DNA of 64,000 nt from Candidatus Binatia bacterium (lineage in GTDB: Bacteria > Desulfobacterota > Binatia > HRBIN30 > BPIQ01). The stretch's first letter is position 1, and each line of letters begins with the position of its first letter. The notes under the pieces were generated by a model. That model searched no databases and was not told where the DNA came from. It saw only the letters and a list, made by a program, of their open reading frames with translations. Shown here piece after piece: positions 20,033 through 30,300 of the stretch. Location: positions 653,871-717,870 of the forward strand of contig BPIQ01000001.1 in the NCBI GenBank assembly GCA_026004195.1, given 5' to 3'. The position numbers and the translations under genes were made by a program.

Positions 20033-21822
20033 GCCCCACCCCGCTCTTGCAAGAGTTCTTCCGGAACCTCGACTTCCATGGAGAGGAGACCCTGCGCGAG
20101 AGTCTTGCCCTGGTGGTCGACGCGAAGGGACAGCGTCCCACCTCCTCCGAGGGCACGGTCGAGGACGAAGTTCAACGCGAGGAGGTTGGGAAGTTCGAAG
20201 CGCTCGACGCCGCCACGCACCAGTTCTCCGAAATGCAGGGCGACCCGTTCCGCGGAGAGAAAAGACCGCAAGAAGTCGTAGAGCGCAGCCGAGCGCGCCA
20301 CGACACCGATGTTCGCCCGGTCCCCTTTGTCCCCCGACCTCGCGAAGGCGATCTCGCGGAGCCGAACGCGTCGCACGGGTCCCGAGAAGGAGCGCCGGGG
20401 CGGCGGTTCGGGAACGGGAAGCTCGCCCCACTCCGCACGGGGAACGTCCTGGAGCGGGCACTCGACCCGCTTCCGCACGGAGCCCCCTTGCCGGATCTCC
20501 ACGACGGGCTCCACCCCCTCCCGAGGGAACCGTGCCGGCCAGAAGCCGTAGGCCGTCTGGACCGAAGGCCGTCCCTCCAGGACCCCGAAGCCGGGCGGTA
20601 GCTGCAAGCCGAATCCCAGGAACTGGAGGGCGAACGCCTGGACTTTTTTTCGGTCCGAATCCCGGACGCCGGCGCGAAAGACGATTTCGTTGGGCTCGAC
20701 TTTCGGGGCGGCAGGTCCCCAGCAAGCGTCGTAACCGATGGCGTCGGCCCTGAGGTCCTCGAACTCCCTGCCCACCCTGTGCCAGAGCATTTCTTCGAAT
20801 CGCCTGGCTTTCGCGAGCACGTCGGGCCCGCTCAGAAGGCAGCTTCCCACCGCCTTGTAACCGGCCTCGTAGACGATCGAAGCTTTCAGCTCCCGGGGAG
20901 GCGGCCCCCCCCGCGCCGAACGAACCCGGACCCGGTCCGGCCCCTCTTCCCGCACCTCGACCGACGTGAAGTCCGCGGTGACGTCCGGGGTCGCGTACGC
21001 CCGCGGATCGGCGATCTCGTAGAGGAGCTGCTCCGTGACGGACTTCCTGTTGACGACGCCGCCGGTGCCCGGGTGCTTCGTGACGACGAACTCTCCGTCG
21101 GGCGACACCTCCGCGATCGGGTAACCCATGTCGAGCATGCTCGGAATTTCCTGCCAGTCCGTGAGGTTGCCCCCGGTAGCCTGCGCACCGCACTCGAGGA
21201 TGTGTCCGGCGATCGTCCCGGCCGCGAGCTTGTCCCACTCGTCCCAGGCCCACCCGAACTCGTGGACGAGAGGAGCGAGGACGAGCGCCGCGTCCGTCGT
21301 TCTGCCGGTGACGACGACGCGTGCGCCGAGCCGCAGCGCTTCGACCACGGGTTTCGCCCCGAGGTAAGCGTTGGCAGCGGCGACTTTCCCCGCGATTTCG
21401 GAGAAGGGCCGCCCGTCGTCCAGGTTCGAGAGGTCGTACCCCCGTGCGTGCCACTCGGGAAGGCTTCCGAGGATGTCGTCCCCGTAGACCACGCCGATCG
21501 GCCAGTCGAGACCCGCTTCCGCGAGCACGCGTTCCACGGCGCGGGCGCAGCCCGCCGGATGGATCCCCCCCGCGTTCACGACGAGCGTGACCGGCCGCTC
21601 GCGGAGCAACGGGACGCAGTCGCGGAGCTGGAAGACGAAATCTCTCGCGAAGCCGGCCTCCGGGTCGGCCGCGCGCTGGCGCTGGAGGATCACCATCGTG
21701 ATCTCCGCGAGGAAGTCCATCGTCACGTAGTCGAGAGGACCCCCTTCGAGCTGCCGCCGGAGGGCCTGCGGGTCGTCTCCCCAGTAACCTCCGGCGTTCG
21801 CGACGCGCACGACGCTTTTCAT
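20029..21822 (-). CDS. acyclic terpene utilisation AtuA-family protein
   Basis: ANAGGYWGD, DFLAEITM, GHILECGAQATGG, EQLLYEI, TPDVTADF, ARSGDKGD. Confidence 0.88.
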   Translation of the reverse strand: MKSVVRVANAGGYWGDDPQALRRQLEGGPLDYVTMDFLAEITMVILQRQRAADPEAGFARDFVFQLRDCVPLLRERPVTLVVNAGGIHPAGCARAVERVLAEAGLDWPIGVVYGDDILGSLPEWHARGYDLSNLDDGRPFSEIAGKVAAANAYLGAKPVVEALRLGARVVVTGRTTDAALVLAPLVHEFGWAWDEWDKLAAGTIAGHILECGAQATGGNLTDWQEIPSMLDMGYPIAEVSPDGEFVVTKHPGTGGVVNRKSVTEQLLYEIADPRAYATPDVTADFTSVEVREEGPDRVRVRSARGGPPPRELKASIVYEAGYKAVGSCLLSGPDVLAKARRFEEMLWHRVGREFEDLRADAIGYDACWGPAAPKVEPNEIVFRAGVRDSDRKKVQAFALQFLGFGLQLPPGFGVLEGRPSVQTAYGFWPARFPREGVEPVVEIRQGGSVRKRVECPLQDVPRAEWGELPVPEPPPRRSFSGPVRRVRLREIAFARSGDKGDRANIGVVARSAALYDFLRSFLSAERVALHFGELVRGGVERFELPNLLALNFVLDRALGGGGTLSLRVDHQGKTLAQGLLSMEVEVPEELLQERGGA

Positions 21823-22283
21823 CCGTCCTTCTCCCTTCCCACGACCAGGGTCCGGCCGTCTGCGAGCAGCACCCGGGCGTCCTGGACGTAGAGAAACGTT
21901 CCCGCGAACGCCGTGCCGGGCGGAGCCTGGCTCAACGCGTCGACCGACGGTCCCGTGCCCCGCAGGACGAAATCCACCCGGCGGACCCCGACCTCGTCGG
22001 TGAGAAGCCACGGGTCCCCGGCCGTGAGTCGCCGGTAGGCGACGATCTCCCAGCTTCTCGTGCCCCGAGCCGTGTCGACCCGTACGACGAGAGGCCCCGG
22101 ACTCCCCGGCTCGACGACACGGCCCTCGATGCGGTAGAGGGCCGGTTCCCCACGCGGGAAGAACGCCTGCGCGGGCGAGAAAGTCAGGGCCAGACACACG
22201 CCGAGAGCCCACGACCGACCGTCGGGAAGCTTGACCCTCGCCCGAGGGTGTGCGAGCTTTCGGCCGACTCGAACGGTTGCCAA
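21819..22283 (-). CDS. hypothetical exported protein
   Basis: hydrophobic segment ending AQA; stop overlaps AtuA start; start uncertain. Confidence 0.5.
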   Translation of the reverse strand: MATVRVGRKLAHPRARVKLPDGRSWALGVCLALTFSPAQAFFPRGEPALYRIEGRVVEPGSPGPLVVRVDTARGTRSWEIVAYRRLTAGDPWLLTDEVGVRRVDFVLRGTGPSVDALSQAPPGTAFAGTFLYVQDARVLLADGRTLVVGREKDG

Positions 22284-22369
22284 CGCCGCTCCTCGTTCGC
22301 GCAGTTTAGAGAAAACGACGACGAAGGGTCAATTCGGGCTTCGCGACCGTCGCGCTGCCGAGACATCCC

Positions 22370-23479
22370 GTGATTGTCGGCGTCCCCAGGGAAACGAAAC
22401 CCGACGAGAACCGCGTCGCCATCACCCCGGGCGGCGTCGCAGCGCTCGTAGCCCACGGACACCGCGTGCTCGTCGAACGCGGAGCCGGGGAAAGGAGCGG
22501 GGTGGCCGACTCCGAGTACCGAAAAGCGGGCGCCCGAATCGTCTCCCGTGCCGAGGTCTGGACCCGGGCGGAGCTCGTCCTGAAAGTCAAAGAACCGCTC
22601 CCTTCCGAGTTCCGCTTTCTCCGCCCCGGCCTGGTCGTCTTCACCTATCTCCACCTCGCGGCCAACGAGCGCCTCGCACGCGAGCTTCTCCGCAAGAAGG
22701 TCACCGCCATCGGTTACGAAACCATCGAACTCGACGACGGCTCCCTGCCCCTTCTGACCCCCATGAGCGAGATCGCCGGCCGGCTCGCCATCCAGGTCGG
22801 GGGCTGGTGCCTCGAGGCGCAGAACGGCGGCTCGGGGATCCTCCTGAGCGGGGCCTCCGGCGTGAGGCCCGCCAAGGTGGTCATCCTGGGTGCGGGCACC
22901 GCGGGCTCCAACGCTTGCCAGATCGCGGTGGGCATGGGCGCCCACGTGAGCATCGTCGACCGAAATCCCGCCAAACTCCGTTACGTGCACGACATCGTGG
23001 GGGGACACGTCACCACCGTCATGTCGAACCGCGCCAACATCGAGGAAGAGGTCGTGGGTGCCGATCTGGTGATCGGAGCCGTCCTCGTTCCGGGAGCCAA
23101 AGCACCCCGGCTTCTCGGCCGCAAGCTCCTGCGGCGCATGAGGAGGGGCTCCGCCCTCGTCGACATCGCCATCGACCAGGGCGGGTGCGCCGAGACCTCG
23201 CGTCCCACCACCCACGAACGCCCGATCTACGTGGCCGAAGGGGTCGTCCACTACTGCGTGACGAACATGCCCGCCGTCGTACCTCGCACCTCCACGTTCG
23301 CGCTCACCAACGTCACGCTCGCCTACGCCCAGGAAATCGCGGACAAGGGAATCGAGAGGGCTCTCGAGGAAAACGTGGCGCTACGCCGCGGGCTCAACAC
23401 GTTCGGGGGGTACCTGTGCCATCGGGGCGTGGCGACTTCGCTCGGCCTCCCGTTCCGCGACCCGGCCACCCTCCTGTAG
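22370..23479 (+). CDS. ald: alanine dehydrogenase
   Basis: GVPRETKPDENRVA, KVKEP, FTYLHLAA, PMSEIAGR, DIAIDQGGC, HYCVTNMP. Confidence 0.96.
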   Translation: MIVGVPRETKPDENRVAITPGGVAALVAHGHRVLVERGAGERSGVADSEYRKAGARIVSRAEVWTRAELVLKVKEPLPSEFRFLRPGLVVFTYLHLAANERLARELLRKKVTAIGYETIELDDGSLPLLTPMSEIAGRLAIQVGGWCLEAQNGGSGILLSGASGVRPAKVVILGAGTAGSNACQIAVGMGAHVSIVDRNPAKLRYVHDIVGGHVTTVMSNRANIEEEVVGADLVIGAVLVPGAKAPRLLGRKLLRRMRRGSALVDIAIDQGGCAETSRPTTHERPIYVAEGVVHYCVTNMPAVVPRTSTFALTNVTLAYAQEIADKGIERALEENVALRRGLNTFGGYLCHRGVATSLGLPFRDPATLL

Positions 23480-24109
23480 CTCTTCCGCGGAAACTTCGTC
23501 GAGCATCTTTTCGACGAGCCGCTCCACGCCGATCCGCGCCAGCTCGCCGGCCGAGAGCCATTTCGGGCCCCCGCGCCAGAACATCCACCACCGGAGAAGG
23601 TTCGACGTCAGCTCCTGCTGCGTTTCCTGGAAGGAGCCCTGCCACACGACCTTTCCGTCCCGGGAACGCACGAGGTAGAGGCGGAAACCCACGGAAGCCG
23701 GCTTCCGCGCCCCGAGCTCGGTTCCCACCCGCTCCCTGAAGCGCAGGATTTCCCCGCAGAGCACCGCGTCGGCTCCCACCTCCTGCCCGAGAGTCCGGGC
23801 GCGGTCGAAAAGCGGGCGCGAGCGGTCCGTGCGCGCGAGGGCTTCTCGGACTTCGAGGTCGGGCACCACGGCGAAGCGGGACTGCTCGGCCAGGACACCG
23901 TGAATCTCGGCGGTCACGATCGCTTCGGCTCCTTCCTCGACCGTCACCTCCGGGTCCACGGGCTTTCCGGGCAGGACGTGTCGCTCGAGGGGAAGGACCG
24001 CGATCCGGGGAAGGCGGCCCCCGATCAGGACCTCGCCGCCACGCCGCAAGGTCCCCGCGCAGCCCGTGAGAAAGCCGAGTGCGAGGAAAACGACGCCAGG
24101 AAGCCTCAT
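23381..24109 (-). CDS. putative lipoprotein (alpha/beta domain, CsgG/LpoB-like by inference)
   Basis: lipobox LTG|C; RIAVLP, GADAVL, GKVVWQG; ATGA overlap with aspS. Confidence 0.65.
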   Translation of the reverse strand: MRLPGVVFLALGFLTGCAGTLRRGGEVLIGGRLPRIAVLPLERHVLPGKPVDPEVTVEEGAEAIVTAEIHGVLAEQSRFAVVPDLEVREALARTDRSRPLFDRARTLGQEVGADAVLCGEILRFRERVGTELGARKPASVGFRLYLVRSRDGKVVWQGSFQETQQELTSNLLRWWMFWRGGPKWLSAGELARIGVERLVEKMLDEVSAEELQEGGRVAEREAERSRHAPMAQVPPERVEPAA

Positions 24110-25887
24110 GGCTTGGGAAGAACCACGCGCAGCCCGAGCTCGCGGAGCTGCTCCTCGGCCACCTCGCTCGGAGCGTCCGTCAGAGGACAGACCGCGCGCT
24201 GCGTTTTCGGGAAGGCGATCACGTCGCGCAGCGACTCGGCGCCGCTCGCGAGCATCACCAGGCGGTCGAGACCCAGCGCGATCCCCCCGTGCGGCGGTGC
24301 CCCGTAGGACAGCGCGTCGAGAAGAAATCCGAACTGCCGCCTCGCTTGCACCTCCGAGAGTCCGAGGAGCTCGAAGATTTTCGTCTGCAGTGCCGGGTCG
24401 TGGATTCTCAGGCTGCCGCCGCCGAGTTCCGTTCCGTTGAGAACCACGTCGTAAGCCAGCGCCCGCACGCCCAGAGGGTCGGACTCGAGGCGCGGGATGT
24501 CCTCGGGCCGCGGTGCCGTGAAGGGATGGTTGACGGAAACGATCCTCTTCTCTTCCCGGCTGTACTCGAAGAGCGGAAAGTCCGTGACCCAGAGGAACGC
24601 GAGTTTCTTCTCGTCGACGAGACCCAGGAGACGCCCGAGGTGAAGCCGGAGCTGGCCCGTCGCCTCCCGGGCGACCTCGCGAGGCCCGGCCACGAAGAGC
24701 ACGACGTCGCCGGGCGAGAGGTCGCACCGCCGCGCGATGTCCTCCTTCTCGGCGTCGGTCAGGTACTTCGCGATGGGAGACTGCCACACCGAAGGCGACT
24801 GGACGCGGGCCCAGGCCACGCCTTTCGCCCCGAAGGGAGCGACGATTTCGGGCAGCGCGTCGAGGTGGCTTCGCGAGAGCCTCTCGCCCTCGGGCACGCG
24901 GAGCGCCCGCACCACGCCCTCTCGTTCGAGGGCGTCGCGAAAAACGCGGAACTCGCTCCGCGCGGCCGCTTCGCTCACGTCCGTGATCTCGAGACCGAAG
25001 CGCAAATCCGGCCGGTCCGTGCCGTAACGGGTCGTGGCTTCCTCGTAGGAGAGACGTGGAAAGGGCGTCGGAACGGACCGGCCCGCCGCGCCGAAAGCCG
25101 CGGCCAGCATCCCCTCGACCACGGAGAAAATCTCCTCCGGATCGACGAAGGACATCTCGAGGTCGATCTGGGTGAATTCCGGCTGGCGGTCCGCGCGGAG
25201 GTCCTCGTCCCGGAAGCACCGTGCGATCTGGTAGTAGCGTTCGAAGCCTCCGACCATGAGGATCTGCTTGAAGAGCTGCGGGGACTGGGGGAGCGCGTAG
25301 AAACGCCCGGGGTGGACACGGCTCGGCACGAGGTAATCGCGCGCTCCCTCCGGCGTGCTGCGCGTGAGGATCGGGGTTTCGATCTCCACGAACCCTTCCG
25401 CGTCCAGGAAGTCCCGTACCGCCTTCACGATCCGGTGGCGCAAGAGGAAGCGGTCCCGCACCGCGGGCCGGCGGAAATCGAGGTAGCGGTAACGCAACCG
25501 CAGAGCCTCCGAAACCTCGTCCGCTTCGTCGAGCACGAACGGCAACGGGCGCGACGCCGCGAGCAGCTCCATTTCCCGCGCGACGACTTCGACGTCCCCC
25601 GTGGGAAGCGCCGGGTTGCGGGTTTCTTCGCTCCGCGCGGCGACGGTTCCCCGCACGGCCACGACGAACTCCGACCGGAGTCCGCGTGCGACCTCGTAGG
25701 CCGCGGAGCTGCGCGCCGGATCGCAGACCACCTGGACGATCCCGGCCCTGTCGCGCAGGTCGACGAAGATCAACCCTCCGTGGTCGCGCGTGCGTGCGAC
25801 CCAACCCATGAGCGTCACCTCGGACCCCACGTCCCGGGCCCGAAGCTCCCCGCAGGCGTGCGTGCGTCGCCAGCCGACCGTGCTCAT
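24106..25887 (-). CDS. aspS: aspartate--tRNA ligase
   Basis: RDHGGLIFVDLRD, TPEGARDY, LPQSPQLFKQ, FRDEDLRADRQPEFTQ, GAPPHGGIALGLDR. Confidence 0.98.
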   Translation of the reverse strand: MSTVGWRRTHACGELRARDVGSEVTLMGWVARTRDHGGLIFVDLRDRAGIVQVVCDPARSSAAYEVARGLRSEFVVAVRGTVAARSEETRNPALPTGDVEVVAREMELLAASRPLPFVLDEADEVSEALRLRYRYLDFRRPAVRDRFLLRHRIVKAVRDFLDAEGFVEIETPILTRSTPEGARDYLVPSRVHPGRFYALPQSPQLFKQILMVGGFERYYQIARCFRDEDLRADRQPEFTQIDLEMSFVDPEEIFSVVEGMLAAAFGAAGRSVPTPFPRLSYEEATTRYGTDRPDLRFGLEITDVSEAAARSEFRVFRDALEREGVVRALRVPEGERLSRSHLDALPEIVAPFGAKGVAWARVQSPSVWQSPIAKYLTDAEKEDIARRCDLSPGDVVLFVAGPREVAREATGQLRLHLGRLLGLVDEKKLAFLWVTDFPLFEYSREEKRIVSVNHPFTAPRPEDIPRLESDPLGVRALAYDVVLNGTELGGGSLRIHDPALQTKIFELLGLSEVQARRQFGFLLDALSYGAPPHGGIALGLDRLVMLASGAESLRDVIAFPKTQRAVCPLTDAPSEVAEEQLRELGLRVVLPKP

Positions 25888-27179
25888 GACCCGCCCGTTT
25901 TCGCCGACTCCCCGCCTCCGAGCCTGCGCAGCGCCGTGAGCACGGTCTCGGCGTCGCCCCCGAGCGGCACGGAGCGGCGGAAGTCCCGCTTGGCCACCAT
26001 GTCGCGGACCGTGGCCGCGCCGTCCGCGAGCTCTTCTTCCCCCACGATGAGCGTGAAGCGTGCCCCCTCCCTGTGGGCACGCCGCATCTGACTCCGGAGA
26101 CTTCGGTCGCCGCTTTCCATCTCGACGCGGACGCCGGCCCTCCGGAGCCGGTGGGCGAGCCCCTGTGCCGCCTTTTCGGCGGGCCGACCGACGGGGGCCA
26201 CGAACACCTCCACCCCTCCGGGCTCGGGGTGCGGTCCCGCCACCATGGCGAGTCGCTCGATCCCGAGAGCCACGCCCACGGCGGGAACGTCCGGCCCACC
26301 CAGTGCTTCGACGAGCCCGTCGTACCGCCCTCCGCCCCCGATCGCGTTCTGCGCCCCGAGCCCGGCCGCGAGTACCTCGAAAGCCGTCCGGCAGTAGTAG
26401 TCGAGCCCTCGCACGAGCCTCGGGTTTTCCCGGAACGCGATTCCCTCCGCCGAGACCAGCTCGCGCACGCGGGAGAAGTGCTCGCGGCACGCCTCGCACC
26501 AGAACTCCGGCAGCGACGGTGCGTTCTCGGTCGCCGCCCGGCAAGCTTCTTCCTTGCAGTCGAGGATGCGCAACGGGTTGCCCCCGAGTCGACGGCGGCA
26601 GTTTTCGCACAGGCGCTCGCCGAGCCGCTCGCCGAACTTGCGCACCGCCTCGCGGAAGCGAGGTCGGCACGCCGAACAGCCGAGAGAATTGAGCTCGAAC
26701 CAGGCCCGCTCCACCGCGAGCTCGTCCAGGAGGTCCGCCACGAGGAGGATCACCTCCGCGTCGAGTACCGGATCTTCGCGCCCGAAAGCCTCGACGCCGA
26801 TCTGGTGGAACTGCCGGTACCGACCCTTCTGAGGGCGCTCCCGCCGGAACATAGGTCCGATGTAGTAAAACTTAGCTTCGGGGTTCTTTACATAGATGCT
26901 GTGTTCCACGTAGGCACGGACGACCGAGGCGGTGCCTTCGGGACGCAGAGCGAGCCGCGTTCCGTCCCGGTCCTCGAACGTGTACATTTCCTTTTCCACG
27001 ATGTCGGAAAACTCGCCGATGGAGCGACCGAAAAGCGCCGCCTTTTCCGCCACCGGAAGTCGGATTTCGTCGTAGTGGTAGCGCGCGAAAAGCGTTCGCG
27101 CCGTGCGCTCGATCCAGCTCCACCGCGCGCTCTCTTCGGGAAGAACGTCGCGAAAACCCTTGACTGCGGAGATTTTCAT
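25884..27179 (-). CDS. hisS: histidine--tRNA ligase
   Basis: LRPEGTA, FRRERPQKGRYRQFHQ, LVRGLDYY, GGGRYDGL. Confidence 0.98.
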   Translation of the reverse strand: MKISAVKGFRDVLPEESARWSWIERTARTLFARYHYDEIRLPVAEKAALFGRSIGEFSDIVEKEMYTFEDRDGTRLALRPEGTASVVRAYVEHSIYVKNPEAKFYYIGPMFRRERPQKGRYRQFHQIGVEAFGREDPVLDAEVILLVADLLDELAVERAWFELNSLGCSACRPRFREAVRKFGERLGERLCENCRRRLGGNPLRILDCKEEACRAATENAPSLPEFWCEACREHFSRVRELVSAEGIAFRENPRLVRGLDYYCRTAFEVLAAGLGAQNAIGGGGRYDGLVEALGGPDVPAVGVALGIERLAMVAGPHPEPGGVEVFVAPVGRPAEKAAQGLAHRLRRAGVRVEMESGDRSLRSQMRRAHREGARFTLIVGEEELADGAATVRDMVAKRDFRRSVPLGGDAETVLTALRRLGGGESAKTGGS

Positions 27180-27319
27180 CCGGAGGAGCTTGCGCGGGGG
27201 GTGGCGAGTAGCTATCAGAGGGGTTCCGCCAAGTCAACGAAGGAACGGGCCGAGCACAGGGGAGAACGACCCGGCACGTGGCTCGAAGAACGACACCGCG
27301 AACGCATGCGAGCCCCCGG

Positions 27320-30300
27320 ATGTTTCCCCGCGTTCTTTCCCGCGCGGTGCTTCCGGCCTTCCTGGGCATGCTGCTCTTCGCGCCTCCCGCCCTCTGCCAA
27401 CCGCGCGGCATCCAGCAGCTCAACGGATTCGAGGGCGGCGGCGCCGGCGACTACACGACGCAAGGGGCTACGGTCGTCGAGCCCGAGCTCTTTCCCCCTC
27501 CGGACCCTCCTCCGGAGGGTGTCTTCGGTTTCGTGGCCCGGAGCGGCCGCTTCGTCCTGCGAACGCGCAGCGTATCGGGCGAGGTGTCCTACGCGGAAGC
27601 GGCGCTTCCCGTCGCCGCGAACCAGGTGAGCGACGGAATCTGGGCCTGCTTCCGAACCCTTCCGTCCTCCCCGCGGCGCATCCGGAGCTGGTGGGCCGGT
27701 ACGACCCCGGTCTTCGAACTTTGGCTCGAGCCCGACGGTAGGGTCCGGCTCCAGGCAGGAGCTCGGTCCGAAATTTCCACGACGGCGATGGCCGACTGCA
27801 CCTTCGACTTCACGCACTACGAAGTTCTTTACTTCGCGAACGGCTCCCTCACGCTCCGGGTCGGGGGGTTCGTGGAAGCCACCCTGTTCCCGGGCCTCTC
27901 CTCGCCCGTCGACCGAACGAGAATCGGACCCGACGAGCCCTCCGGCGGGAGCCTCGAACTTTTCTGGGACGACCACACGTTCGGCCAGAGCTCGCTGTTC
28001 CACGGCGAGCTCCGTATCGCTTCCCTTCACCCCACGCAGGACGGCCAGTTCGCCGAGTGGACGGCGCAAACCAACCGCACGGGCCCGCCCTGCGACGACC
28101 TGGGCCTTTTCGGCTGCGTCCTCGAGCGCCCCCCGGACGGGGAAGAGACCCTCGTTTCGTCGGACGCGGCCGGCACGAGGGCTTCTTTCTGCCACGAAAC
28201 GACGGCGGACCTTTTTCTTTTCGGCGAAATGCTCGCCGTCAAAACACTGGCCATCGCGCGAGGAGATCCCGGCGCGGGGTTCGAGCTCGGGCTCGAGCTC
28301 GACTCGCCGGCTTGCGGGGGAACCTCGGGCGGCGTGCCGGTGGCGAGTCCGTTCTCCCCCGATTCGTCCTTCCGGGGATTCGCACGCGTGGACGAGGTGA
28401 ATCCCCTGGGGCCGGCTCCCTGGCAAGGCATCGACATCGACCGGACGGAGATCTTTCTCGCCCAAGCCTCGGACGGCGCTCGGGTAGAGGTCACGCAGGT
28501 CTTCCAGGAGGTGGCGTACGACACGACGGGGTTCCCCACGCCCACACTCTCGCCCTCGCCGACGCCGACCGTCACGCCCAGTCCCACGAAAACGCGCACG
28601 TTCACGCCCACCGCCACACCGAGCGTCACTCCCACCGTCACGCGCACCCCGACGCCCAGCCCGACCCCCACCGTTTCGCCCACACCCACTCCATCCCGGA
28701 CCCCTACTCCTTCCCCGACTCCTACGCCCACCCCCACCGCCACGCCGTCTCGGACCCCGACCCTGACCGCCACTCCGAGCCCGACGCCCACGCGGACACC
28801 TACCCCGACTCCCACCACGAGCCCGACGCCGTCCTTCTCACCCTCCTCCACGCCTTCGCCCCTTCCGACGCCTACCGGGACGTTCACACCGAGCGCCACG
28901 CCCAGCCACACGCCTTCTCCGTCTCCCACGGCGACCTTCACGCCCACTCCGCTTCCGACCGCCACTCCCACGAGCCCGTTGCGAGCTCTCACGCACCTGA
29001 ACGGCTTCGAGGCCGGGTCGCGGGAAGACTACAGGGTCGGTGCAGGCGTACCGACCGCCACTTCGCTGGCCCGAAGCGGCCTCTGGGGCATGGGGACCGC
29101 GTCGGCGGGAGCGCCGGAATATCTCTTTTTCGAGCTCGCATCGCCCACGGGTGTCTTCACGGACGGCTTCTGGGCATGCCGTCGCACGTCTTCCCTTTCC
29201 GCCTCGCGCCGGATCCGGTCGTGGCTTTCGAGCCCCGTGATCGCCGTGGTCTCGCTCTACCTCGAACCCGACTTCCGGGTCTCCGTCCGGGTCGAGGGCA
29301 CACCGCTCGGGACGAGCAGCACGCCTATGAGCGCGTGCCCGAACTTCACGCGCTACGAGCTCCAGTACGAAGCGGGAGGGTTCGTCCGCCTGCGCGTCGA
29401 CGGTAGCCAGGAGGTCGAAGCCACCCACGCTTCGACGGCCACGATCGTGCGAAGCCACATCGGACCCGATACGACCGGCTCACCCGTCGACCTCGTCTGG
29501 GACGATCATACCTTCTCTCCTTCGCTCGTCTTCCCCGGAGAGCTGCAAATCCGCGGGCTCGCGGTCACGACCGACGAACAGATCACGGGGTGGGGCAGCG
29601 GAGGCGGGTGCGGCGTGCCGGGGCTCTTCACCTGCGTTCGAGACGTTCCGCCGAACGAATCCCTGTTCGTACAAACCACCCTCGACGGAGCGAGAATCGC
29701 CTTCTGCCACGAGCCGACGAGCGAGGCGGGCATTTTCGGTTCGATTCTCGCCCTCAAAGTCACGGCTCACGCACGGCGCGAGAGCCAGTCGGTCCAGAGC
29801 CCGATGAACCTTTTCGTCCGTACCGACGCTCCGGCGTGCGGAGGAGCGGATCCGCAGAGACACGACGCGCCGGCGAATTTCGTGCCGGAGGTGTTCTACC
29901 AGGGCTTCGGCCGGATTCTCGAGACGAATCCGCGAACGGGTCTCCCGTGGACGGGGGCGGAAATCGACCGCACTTCGGTGGGCGTGACCCACTTCAACGA
30001 CAACGAAGCGGCACGTCTCGCTCAGGTACACGTCTCGGTCGCGTTCGACACGACGGGATTCCCGTCTCCCACGGCGACCCCCAGTCGAACCCCGACTCCC
30101 ACACCCACGCCGCGGCCCCCCACGCCCACCGCGAGCTTCTCGCCGACGAACTCACCCACGCCCACGCGCACGGCGTCTTCGACACCCACCCCCAACCCCA
30201 CCTCGACGGCGACGGCCACGTTTTCCGCCACACCTTCCCGAACTCCCACGAACACACGCACGCCGACCATCACCCGAACTCCCACGAACACGCGCACGCC

